Shown: one piece after another, positions 48,099 through 60,200 of the stretch
Position numbering within the stretch: the stretch's first letter is position 1
How the letters are laid out: every line of letters starts with the position of its first letter
From: Mobula hypostoma
Lineage: Eukaryota
Assembly (NCBI RefSeq): GCF_963921235.1
Contig: NC_086108.1
Location: forward strand, 6,572,001-6,635,863
Length of the DNA: 63,863 nucleotides
Direction: 5' to 3'
Position numbers and translations under genes: made by a program
Notes under the pieces: generated by a model
Database searches by the model: none
The model's input: only the letters and a program-made list of their open reading frames with translations
What the model was told of the DNA's origin: nothing

Positions 48099-48499
48099 TC
48101 AGGCCATGGCAGTAGGGCATTACAGATGGTCTTTGAGCCCACCCACCCGCCTGGGAATAGGCTTCAAGGATTGGCGTACAGGAGTCTTTCCCTTCCTCAA
48201 GACCTGGCAGTGGGATTCCTTAAGCTTAGCGGCAATTTTCCCAGACTGTTCGGGTGTCCCCTTGGTTCTCTTCTAAACCAGAGATACCCTCTCCCTAGTT
48301 CCCATGCAGTCCTGACTAGAAAGTTCCGGGACTCGCACAGTCCCGTTGGCTGGGACCGGCTTGTCCGTCCTTGAGGGCAGGACGAGGTCTCTCGATGGCC
48401 TCAGGTTACCTCACACTGAAGGTTGCCCCCTTACTGGTCACTGGTCATGGGAGAGTCTGGGTGTCCGAACACCATGACCCAACAATTCTCGCCTCCCTC

Positions 48500-49150
48500 C
48501 AGCCTGTGATGGGTTATGCCGGGACACTCAAGGGTGATGGCGGATCAGGGGTATGAGTGGTGAGTCAACGATGTAGAAGCTAATGTCTCCCACACGAACC
48601 CCTACCGTCATCTGCAAAACCACAGTCTGTTGCTGGATCTGCCCAGAACCCAGTGGTCGGCCGTGTAAGACAGATGTGGGCACAGACTGGCTCAGCTCTC
48701 GCCAGTATGTATGTCAAGCCGATGGGCATTTCCTAAATCCAGAAAATTACCCGTTGTCCCAGAGTCCACAAAAGCCTTCACCTGCCTCAGTTTCTTACCC
48801 CAGGGGAACTCCACCTTCCACGCAAAACCAGAATCCATGAGCTTGGGAGTAGTGGCTGCTACCGCCATAGCCCTCCCGATACTGGACGGTCTAAGCAGTT
48901 TTCCCGACTGCTGCACCTTGGGACATTTGGCCTGCAGGTGACCTGCCTCTCCACAGTAAGAGCAGGTACCTTGACTCCAACGCCAGGATCTCGCATCAGC
49001 GGCGAGTCTGGTGCAGCTAACCTGCATGGCCTCGATAGGATCTTGAGCAGGTGACAGGCTGGTTATGGTCCAAGGCTGGGGAGTGGAACTGCGATGCGTT
49101 GGGACTGGGCTCGGACCTGCTTTATTCAGCCTCCTGAAGTAGTCCCAGGG
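48500..49150 (-). pseudogene. gag C-terminus (CCHC knuckle) and aspartic protease of the sushi-type element
   Basis: EAMQV..CSYCGEAGHLQAKCP; KAFVDSGTTGNFLD. Confidence 0.85.
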
Positions 49151-49151
49151 C

Positions 49152-50370
49152 ATAGAACATAGAATAGTACAGCACAGTACAGGCCCTTCGGCCCACATTG
49201 TTGTGCCGACCCTCAAATCCTGCCTCCTACATAACCCCCCACCTTAAATTCCTCCATATACCTGTCTAGTAGTCTCTTAAATTTCACTAGTGTATCTGCC
49301 TCCACCACTGACTCAGGCAGTGCATTCCACGCACCAGCCACTCTCTGAGTAAAAAACCTTCCTCTAATATCCCCCTTGAACTTCCCACCCCTTACCTTAA
49401 AGCCATGTCTTCTTGTATTGAGCAGTGGTGCCCAGGGGAAGAGGCACTGGCTGTCCACTCTATCTATTCCTCTTAATATCTTGTACACCTCTATCATGTC
49501 TCCTCTCATCCTCCTTCTCTCCAAAGAGGAAAGCCCTAGCTCCCTTAATCTCTGATCATAATGCATACTCTCTAAACCAGGCAGCATCCTGGTAAATCTC
49601 CTCTGTACCCTTTCCAATGCTTCCACATCCTTCCTATAGTGAGGCAACCAGAACTGGACACAGTACTCCAAGTGTGGCCTAACCAGAGTTTTATAGAGCT
49701 GCATCATTACCTCATGACTCTTAAAGTCTATCCCTCGACTTATGAAAGCTAACACCCCATAAACTTTCTTAACTACTCTATCTACCTGTGAGGCAACTTT
49801 CAGAGATCTGTGGACATGTACCCCCAGATCCCTCTGCTCCTCCACACTACCAAGTATCCTGCCATTTACTTTGTCCTCTGCCTTGGAGTTTGTCCTTCCA
49901 AAGTGTACCACCTCATACTTCTCCGGCTTGAACTCCATCTGCCACTTCTCAGCCCACTTCTGCAACCTATCAATGTCTCTCTGCAATCTTCGACAATCGT
50001 CTACACTATCTACAACACCACTAACCTTTGTGTTGTCTGCAAACTTGCCAACCTACCCTTCTACCCCCACGTCCAGGTCGTTAATAAAAGTCACGAAAAG
50101 TAGAGGTCCCAGAACAGATCCTTGTGGGACACCACTAGTCACAATCCTCCAATCTGAATGTACTCCTTCCACTACGACCCTCTGCCTTCTGCAGGCAAGC
50201 CAATTCTGGATCCACCTGGCCAAACTTCCCTGGATCCCATGCCTTCTGACTTTCTGAATAAGCCTACCGTGTGGAACCTCGTCAACTGCCTTACTAAAAT
50301 CCATATAGATCACATCCACTGCACTACCCTCATCTATATGACTGGTCACCTCCTCAAAGAACTCTATCAG
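49152..50370 (-). mobile_element. Well-preserved 5'-truncated CR1 LINE inserted into the sushi gag
   Basis: [26 protein letters not shown] and the 257-aa ORF 49213-49986; CTATTCTATGTTCTATG tail at ~49152-49166. Confidence 0.93.
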
Positions 50371-50820
50371 TTCATCCTTCAATTCATCTCGGAGTCCTTG
50401 GCTGTATAGAGTGGCGAGGACCTCCCTGTTCCAGCCACTCTCTTGGGCCAAGGTGCAAAATGTGATCACGTAGTCAGCTGCTGACCAACCACCCTGCCTA
50501 ATCCGAGGCTCGGCTGGCTCCAGTGGAGAGACGGAACACCTTCCTCATGGCGGCCACGAATTACTCCGAATCTGAACAAACCTGCGACCTTTCTTCCCAA
50601 TGCACGGTGGCCCAGGCCAGGGCTCTTCCAGTCAGGAGGGAGATACCGAAGGCCAGCTTTCCGCGTTCCAAAGGGAACCGGGATGGCTGGAGTTCGGACA
50701 CTAATGAGCGTTGAATGAGGAAGCCACAGCAAGAGCCCGGGTCACTGACGAATCTCTCTGGGGTTGGAAGATGTACTGGCTCCACAGTGGACAAAAGACT
50801 CTGTACCCCGCTTGGGCCAT
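50371..50820 (-). pseudogene. gag: Sushi/PEG10/RTL-like gag capsid remnant
   Basis: [75 protein letters not shown]. Confidence 0.87.
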
Positions 50821-50836
50821 ACTGGCTCAAACGTAC

Positions 50837-51136
50837 TGTGATGACAGTCCTTGACAAGGATGGTTTGGACCCAAATGCTGGATATCCAAACCAAGGGTCG
50901 AGACACAGTATCAAACTGGCTCGAGAACTGAGAACAAAACAAATGTTAGATATCACGGGTAGGGCTTACGATTGAGGACCTAACCTCAGTTCAGGTGCTC
51001 TTTAAGGACTCAACTCTTGTTGCTCCGAACATGATTTCCAATTAGTTGGACCGTCCTGATCATGTAAAGGTGCCTCGCCATCTATCCATACTTTCTAAAC
51101 CCTGCAAGCAGGCATGGTTGGGAGTGTCTCCTAGCA
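50837..51136 (-). repeat. 5' LTR of the sushi-type element
   Basis: TG...CA termini. On the minus strand it is followed by GTACGTTTGAGCCAGT and then ATG at 50820. Confidence 0.75.
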
Positions 51137-52523
51137 AATTGTTTGTTATGGAAGGTGGTAGTTTGGTGTGGCAGCTTTACTGAGTTGGTAGCGCCATCTG
51201 GAATATCGCATCAGAAAGGCTAATCGATTGATTGGTTGTCCATCGCATCTGATTTCAGGGAAATCCATGCGGGTGAGTTTTTGAAATGGAAAAGCCACTT
51301 CACTGGGATAGTTCCTCGCTCAAGTACTCAGAAGACTGGGCCCAGTGGTAGGAGTAACCATCACAAACTGGGGTCTTCCTTGGTTGCAATGGATGACCAT
51401 GACTTTGTCTGTGCCTTGTCATGCCTTTTCCAGAACCACCTTCGTGGCCGTTGCATCTCACTATAGATCTCGTCCTCCGAGTCCTCCAGAGCTGACTTCA
51501 GATGCTAGGACAGGCGTGTCCCTATCTCACCGGGTATGTGGCCGCTGGCTACCCTCGCCTGGTTCAGCCCGCCTGTCGAAGTGGTATACCAGGATGTGCC
51601 CGCTGTCGCGTGCAAACAGCTACTTGGAACCACAGGTGAGAGCCAAGTGTCCGGTGAGGACCAAGGGTGAGTGAGCTGCCCAGGAATGGACACAACGAGC
51701 CCCTTCACCGGAGGTGCTCCCCCTCCCTGGGCACACCTGCTCCCTGTCAGTTTTGTAAACCAGTTCTGCCACTTTGGCCATTTCTTTTTCTCCCTTCTGT
51801 GTTCTAGAAAATAGAGGAGCCTGAAAGCCCAGATGCGCAGGGTCAAGGACAGCCCCTTCCCCACGGCGTGAACCAGTCACCCCTTTAACGTCCCCTCGGT
51901 GCCGCTGTGTTCTTGAACACTCAGCTCTACCTCACCAAATATTGTCTCTTTCATCAACATTGTTATTTGCCACGTTGTATGAGGTGAACAGTCCACCGGT
52001 CTTTGCCTGTGGGGAAGACCACCCCCTCCCCCGCAACACACTATTGTTCTGATTGTTCTCTCTATCCATGACCATAATTAGTCTTGACAAATGTTTCTAC
52101 CAAAGTGGTTTGCCATTGCCTTTACATTGCCATTGACTTTACAAGACAGGGGATCCCAGCCATTATCAATACTCTCCAGTTTGTCTGCCTGGCATCAGTG
52201 GTTGCATAACCAGGACGTGTGATATGAACCAGCTACTCATATGACCATCCACCACCTGCTCCCATGGCTTCAGGTGACTCTGATGGGGGGAGGGGGTGAT
52301 AAGCAGGTGCTAGGCCTTGCCCGAGGGTGACCTGCAGGCTAGCAGAGGGAAAGAGCGCCTTACACCTCCTTTGGTAGAGATATATTTCCACCCCGCCAAC
52401 CAGAGATAGAAAAATAGATAGCTAGATAAATAAATAATACTGAGAACATGAGTTGTAGAGTCCTTGAAAGTGAGTGGAGTGGAAAGTGAGTCCTTATAGG
52501 TTGTGGAATCAGTTCAGAGTTGA

Positions 52524-52898
52524 GGTGAGTGAAGTTATCCACACTGGTTCAGGAGCCTGATGGCTGTGGGGTAATAACTGTTCCTGAACCTGGTGGTGTG
52601 GGACCTGAGGCTCATTGTGGTGAGTGAAGTTATCCACACCGGTTCAGGAGCCTGATGGTTGTGGGGTGATAACTGTTCCTGAACCTGGTGGTGTGGGACC
52701 TGAGGCTCACTGTGGTGAGTGAAGTTATCCACACTGGTTCAGGAGCCTGATGGTTGTGGGGTGATAACTGTTCCTGAACCTGGTGGTGTGGGACCTGAGG
52801 CTCATTGTGGTGAGTGAAGTTATCCACACTGGTTCAGGAGCCTGATGGTTGTGGGGTAATAACTGTTCCTGAACCTGGTGGTGTGGGACCTGAGGCTC
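52524..52898. repeat. 95-bp tandem repeat x4 inside a minus-strand Rex1/Babar tail (52430-52960)
   Basis: The unit GGTGAGTGAAGTTATCCACAC...GACCTGAGGCTCATTGT starts at 52524, 52619, 52714 and 52809. Confidence 0.93.
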
Positions 52899-54214
52899 CT
52901 GTACCTCCTTCCCGGTGGCAGCAGTGGAGCTTGCCCTCGATGGTGGGGGTCCTTGAGGATGGAGGCACCACAAGAGATCAGTGTCCCATGCTGTTGTTTG
53001 AACGTTCACAAGGCGTTCTTGCCAACACTCTTCCCCAAATGATAAGTCATCTTGAGGCGCCTTTCTGTGCCCACTTTGGCAGTGAATGAATAAAGGTCTG
53101 CACGGTGGCACAGTGTTATACGTAACGCTTTACAAATCCCGCCCCGTGGGTAAGGACTTTCTATGTTCCCCTGTGACCACGTGGGTATTCTCCAGGTGCT
53201 CTGGTTTCCTCCCGCAGTCCAGAGACGCACAGATTCGTAAATTGTGGGCACACTATGTTGTTGCCTGAAGCGTGACGACACTTGCAGGCTGCCCCCAGCA
53301 CAACCTCGGACTGTGTTGGCTGTTGGGCGCAAACAACGCGGCTCACTGTATGTTCTGAACGGAGATGAGGAGAGAGTGGTGAATCTGTGGAATTCGAGGC
53401 CAAGTCATTGGGTATATTTAAGGCAGAGGTTGATAGGTTCTTGATTAGTCAGGGCATGAAGGGAGAAGGCAGGAGATTAGGGCTGAGAGGGAAATGGATC
53501 AGTATGATGGAATGGCGCAGCAGAGTTGATGGGCCAAAAGGGACTAATTCTGCTCCTATATCTTAAGGTTTTGAGGTACGTGTGACAAATAAAGCTTAAC
53601 CTTTATCTTTAAAGTAAGGTTGGGTGGGACTATTACTAGAGGTCATTGGTTAAGAGTGAAAGGTGAAAAGTTTAAGGAAAGTGAGCTGCTGGCTCAAATG
53701 CTGAATGGAAGCTCGGTTTCAATATCTCAGAGGAGTTTAGATGGGTATGTGGACAGTAGGGGTGTGGAGGGCTATGGTCCGGTACAGTTCGATCGGAGTA
53801 GGCAGTTTAAATAATTCTGCACAGCCTAGATATGCTGACAGCCTGTTTCATTGCTGTGGTTTTCAAAGATTCTATGAAGCTACGTAAAAGTGACTCATTT
53901 GAATGCACTCTAGCATATGAGTAAATAGGTGAAAGATTCAGGTCACATTCCATTCATCTGAGCAAACAAAGCCTCTCCCAGCTCATTACTGTTCCGTAGG
54001 AGCCTGCCCTTCCCTGTGGTTCAGTTGGGAAGCATGCTGCATCGTGGAGCCATTGTTCTGTACAGAGGGAGTGGAGTTTACCCAATCCCACTGGTCACAA
54101 TTGGAGATGCCATACCCAGTTTTCACTAAACATTCCTGGCATTGATGTAAAGAACATTTTTGATATTTCAAAATCCCATGCCAAAACACACTCCCCTCGG
54201 CTGTGCTAAACACA

Positions 54215-57200
54215 CCCCCACTCAGCAGTCCGAAACACATCCCCACTCAACAGTCCGAAACACATCACCACTGAACAGTCCGTAACACATCCCACTCAAC
54301 AGTCCGATACACATCCCAATCAACAGTCCGATACACAGCCCAATCAACAGTCCGAAACACACCCCACTCAACAGTCCGAAACACACCCCAATCAACAGTC
54401 CGAAACACATCCCCAACTCAACAGTCCGATACACATCCCAATCAACAATCCGAAACACACCCCACTCAACAGTCCGAAACACATCCCCACTCAACAGTCC
54501 GTAACACATCCCACTCAACAGTCCGTAACACATCCCACTCAACAGTCCGATACACATCCCAATCAACAGTCCGAAACACACCCCACTCAACAGTCCGATA
54601 CACATCCCAATCAACAGTCCGAAACACACCCCACTCAACAGTCCGAAACACATCCCCACTCAACAGTCCGAAACACATCACCACTGAACAGTCCAAAAAA
54701 CACCCCACTCAACAGTCCGAAACACATCCCCACTCAACAGTCCGTAACACATCCCACTCAACAGACCGATACACATCCCAATCAACAGTCCGAAACACAC
54801 CCCACTCAACAGTCCGATACACATCCCAATCAACAGTCCGAAACACACCCCACTCAACAGTCCGAAACACATCCCCACTCAAAAGTCCGAAACACATCCC
54901 CACTCAACAGTCCGAAACACACCCCACTCAACAGTCCGAAACACATCCCCACTCAACAGTCCGAAACACATCCCACTCAACAGTCCGATACACATCCCAA
55001 TCAACAGTCTGAAACACACCCCACTCAACAGTCCGAAACACACCCCACTCAACAGTCCGAAACATATCACCACTGAACAGACCAAAAAACACCCCACTCA
55101 ACAGTCCGAAACACATCCTCACTCAACAGTCCGAAACACATCCTCACTCAACAGTCCGAAACACATCCCAACTCAACAGTCCGAAACACATCCCCAACTC
55201 AACAGTCTGAAACACATCCCCAACTCAACAGTCCGAAACACATCCTCACTCAACAGTCCGAAACTCAGCCCACTCAACAGTCCAAAACACACCCCACTCA
55301 ACAGTCCGAAACACATCCCCACTCAACAGTCCGAAACACATCCCCACTCAACAGTCCGAAACACATCACCACTGAACAGTCCAAAAAACACCCCACTCAA
55401 CAGTCCGATACACATCCCAATCAACAGTCCGAAACACACCCCACTCAACAGTCCGAAACACATCCCCACTCAACAGTCCGAAACACATCACCACTGAACA
55501 GTCCAAAAAACACCCCACTCAACAGTCCGAAACACATCCCCACTCAACAGTCCGTAACACATCCCACTCAACAGTCCGATACACATCCCAATCAACAGTC
55601 CGAAACACACCCCACTCAACAGTCCGATACACATCCCAATCAACAGTCCGAAACACACCCCACTCAACAGTCCGAAACACATCCCCACTCAACAGTCCGA
55701 AACACATCCCCACTCAACAGTCCGAAACACACCCCACTCAACAGTCCGAAACACATCCCCACTCAACAGTCCGAAACACATCCCACTCAACAGTCCGATA
55801 CACATCCCAATCAACAGTCCGAAACACACCCCACTCAACAGTCTGAAACACACCCCACTCAACAGTCCGAAACATATCACCACTGAACAGACCAAAAAAC
55901 ACCCCACTCAACAGTCCGAAACACATCCTCACTCAACAGTCCGAAACACATCCTCACTCAACAGTCCGAAACACATCCCAACTCAACAGTCCGAAACACA
56001 TCCCCAACTCAACAGTCTGAAACACATCCCACTCAACACTCTGAAACACATCCCCAACTCAACAGTCTGAAACACATCCCCAACTCAACAGTCCGAAACA
56101 CATCCTCACTCAACAGTCCGAAACTCAGCCCACTCAACAGTCCAAAACACACCCCACTCAACAGTCCAAAACACTCCCCAACTCAACAATCCGAAACACA
56201 CCCCACTCAACAGTCCGAAACACACCCACTCAACAGTCTCAAAAGAGATCCCACTCAACAGTCCGAAATACATCCTACTCAACAGTCTGAAACCACATCC
56301 CACTCAGCAGTCCGAAACACATCCCGCTCAACAGTCCGAAACACATCCTCACTCAACAGTCCGAAACACATCCCAACTCAACACTCCGAAACACATCCCC
56401 AACTCAACAGTCTGAAACACATCCCACTCAACACTCCAAAACACATCCCCAACTCAACAGTCCGAAACACATCCCCACTGAACAGTCCGAAAAACATCCT
56501 CACTCAACAGTCTGAAACACATCCTCACTCAACAGTCCGAAACTCAGCCCACTCAACAGTCCGAAAAACATCCCACTCAACAGTCCGAAACACACCCCAA
56601 CTCAACAGTCCGAAACACACCCCACTCAACAGTCCAAAACACTCCCCAACTCAACAATCCGAAACACACCCCATTCAACAGTCCGAAACACACCCACTCA
56701 ACAGTCTGAAAAGAGATCCCACTTAACAGTCCGAAATACATCCCACTCAACAGTCTGAAAACACATCCCACTCAGCAGTCCAAAACACATCCCACTCAAC
56801 AGTCTAAAACACAGCCCACTCAATAGTCGAAACACACCCCACTGAACAGTCCGAAACACATCCCCACTCAACAGTCCGAATCACACCCCACTCAACAGTC
56901 CGAAACACCTCCCACTCAACAGTCCGAAAAACATCCCACTCAACAGTCCGAAACACACCCCACTCAACAGTCCAAAACACATCCAACACAACAGTCCGAA
57001 ACACAGCCCACTCAACTGTCTGAAAACAGATGCCACTCAACAGTCCAAAACACATCCCACTCAACAGTCCGAAACACACCCCGTTCAACATCTGAAAGCA
57101 GATCCCACTCAACAGTCCGAAACACATCCCACTCAACAGTCCGAAACACATCCCCACTCAACAGTCCGAAACACATCCACACACGACAGTCCGAAACACA

Positions 57201-60200
57201 TCCCTACTCAGCAGTCCGAAACACACCCCACTCAACAGTCCGAAACACATCCCGCTCAACAGTCCGAAACACATCCCACTCAAAAGTCTGAAAACCGATC
57301 CCATTCAACAGTCAGAAACACATCCCACTCAACAGTCTAAAACACAGCCCACTCAATAGTCGAAACACACCCCACTGAACAGTCCGAAACACATCCCCAC
57401 TCAACAGTCCGAATCACATCCCACTCAACAGTCCGAAACACATCCACACACAACAGTCCGAAACACATCTCTACTCAGCAGTCTGAAACACACCCCACTC
57501 AACAGTCCGAAACACATCCCACTCAACAGTCCGAAACACACCCCACTCAACAGTCTGAAACACATCCCCACTCAACAGTCCGAAACACATCCCACTCAAC
57601 AGTCTGAAACACACCCCACTCAAAAGTCTGAAAACCGATCCCATTCAACAGTCAGAAACACATCCCACTCAACAGTACGAAACACATCCCCACTCAACAG
57701 TCCGAAAGACATCCACACTCAAAAGTCCGAAAACACATCCCAATCAACAGTCCGAAACAAATCCCAAATCAACAGTCCGAAACACATCCGCAGTGAACAG
57801 TCCAAAACACATCCAACCCAACAGTCCGAAACACACCCCACTCAGCAGTCCGAAACACAACCCACTCAACAGTCCGAAACACATCCCACTCACCAGTCCG
57901 AAACACTCCCCCACTCACCAGTCCGAAACACATCCCACTCAACAGTCCGACACACACCTCGACTCAACTGTCTGAAACACATCCCACTCAACAGTCCGAA
58001 ACACACCCCACTCAACAGTCCAAAACACATCCAACACAACAGTCCGAAACACAGCCCACTCAACTGTCTGAAAACAGATGCCACTCAACAGTCCAAAACA
58101 CATCCCACTCAACAGTCCGAAACACACCCCATTCAACATCTGAAAGCAGATCCCACTCAACAGTCCGAAACACATCCCCACTCAACAGTCCGAAAACACA
58201 TCCCCACTCAACAGTCCGAAACTCAGCCCACTCAACAGTCCGAAACACATCCCCACTCCACAGTCCGAAAACACATCCCCACTCAACAGTCCGAAACACA
58301 GCCCACTCAACTGTCTGAAACACATCCCCACTCAACAGTCCAAAACACATCCAACCCAACAGTCCGAAAAACATCCCACTCAACAGTCCGAAACACATCC
58401 CACTCAACAGTCCGAAACACTCCTCCACTCAACAGTCCGAAACACAACCCACTCAACTGTCCGAAACACACCCCACTCAACAGTCCGAAATACATCCCAC
58501 TCAACAGTCCGAAAACACATCCCCACTCAACAGTCCGAAACACACCACACTCAACAGTCCGAAACACATCCCAACTCAACACTCCGAAACACTCCCCAAC
58601 TCAACAGTCCGAAACACATCCCACTCAACAGTCCGAAACACATACCACTCAACAGTGCAAAACACTCCCCAACTCAACAGTCCGAAACACATCCCACTCA
58701 ACAGTCCAAAACACATCCCACTCAACAGTCCGAAACTCAGCCCACTCAACTGTCTGAAACACATCCCCACTCAACAGTCCAAAACACATCCAACCCAACA
58801 GTCAGAAAAACATCCCACTCAACAGTCCGAAACACATTCCAACTGAACAGTCCGAAACACATCCTCCACTCAACAGTCCAAAACACATCCCCACTCAACA
58901 GTCCGAAACACACCCCACTCAACAGTCCGAAACACATCCCCACTCAACAGTCCGAAACACATCCCCAACTCAACAGTCCGAAACACATCCCACTCAACAG
59001 TCCGAAACACATCCCACTCAACAGTCCAAAACACATCCCACTCAACAGTCCGAAAACACATCCCCACTCAACAGTCCGAAACACACCCCACTCAACAGTC
59101 CGAAACACATCCCAACTCAACACTCCGAAACACTCCCCAACTCAACAGTCCGAAACACATCCCACTCAACAGTCCAAAACACATCCCACTCAACAGTCCG
59201 AAACACAACCCACTCAACTGTCCGAAACACACCCCACTGAACAGTCCAAAACACATCCCACTCAACAGTCCGAAAACACATCCCCACTCAACAGTCCGAA
59301 ACACACCCCACTCAACAGTCCGAAACACATCCCCACTCAACAGTCCAAAACACATCCCACTCAACAGTCCGAAACACATCCCACTCAACAGTCCGAAACA
59401 CATTCCACTCAACAGTCCGAACATTCCTCCACTCAACAGTCCGAAACACAACCCACTCAACTGTCCGAAACACACCCCACTGAACAGTCCAAAACACATC
59501 CCACTCAACAGTCCGAAAACACATCCCCACTCAACAGTCCGAAACACACCCCACTCAACAGTCCGAAACACATCCCAACTCAACACTCCGAAACACTCCC
59601 CAACTCAACAGTCCGAAACACATCCCACTCAACAGTCCGAAACACATCCCACTCAACAGTCCAAAACAAATCTCACTCAACAGTCCGAAACACAACCCAC
59701 TCAACTGTCCGAAACACACCCCACTGAACAGTCCAAAACACATCCCACTCAACAGTCCGAAACACATCCCCAACTCAACAGTCCGAAACACATCCCCAAC
59801 TCAACAGTCCGAAACACATCCCAACTCAACAGTCCGAAACACACCCCAACTCAACAGTCCGAAACACACCCCACTCAACAGTCCGAAACACATCCCCACT
59901 CAACAGTCCGAAACACATCCCACTCAACAGTCCGAAACACATCCCACTCAACAGTCCAAAACACATCCCACTCAACAGTCCGAAACACATCCCACTCAAC
60001 AGTCCGAAACCACATCCCACTCAACAGTCCGAAACACATCCCCAACTCAACAGTCCGAAACACATCCCCAACTCAACAGTCCGAAACACATCCCAACTCA
60101 ACACTCCGAAACACATCCCCAACTCAACAGTCTGAAACACATCCCACTCAACAGTCATCCCACTCAACAGTCCAAAACAAACACTCAACCGAAACACACC

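Larger units (their letters stand above)
45168..51136 (-). mobile_element. Decayed sushi-type chromovirus (Ty3/Gypsy) with two nested insertions
   Basis: Diverged LTR pair, gag with CCHC knuckle, protease, partial RT and RNase H, integrase, chromodomain and PPT-like TAGGAGAAGGGG (45489-45500). No TSD seen. Confidence 0.88.

Noticed and set aside
50371..50956. Domesticated PEG10/RTL-like host gene
   Set aside because: It is flanked by LTRs, frameshifted and interrupted by a CR1 insertion, so it is a decayed retrotransposon.
53990..54180. Possible exon after TTCCGTAG in unique sequence
   Set aside because: No recognisable peptide in any frame and no clear donor, so it cannot be supported.
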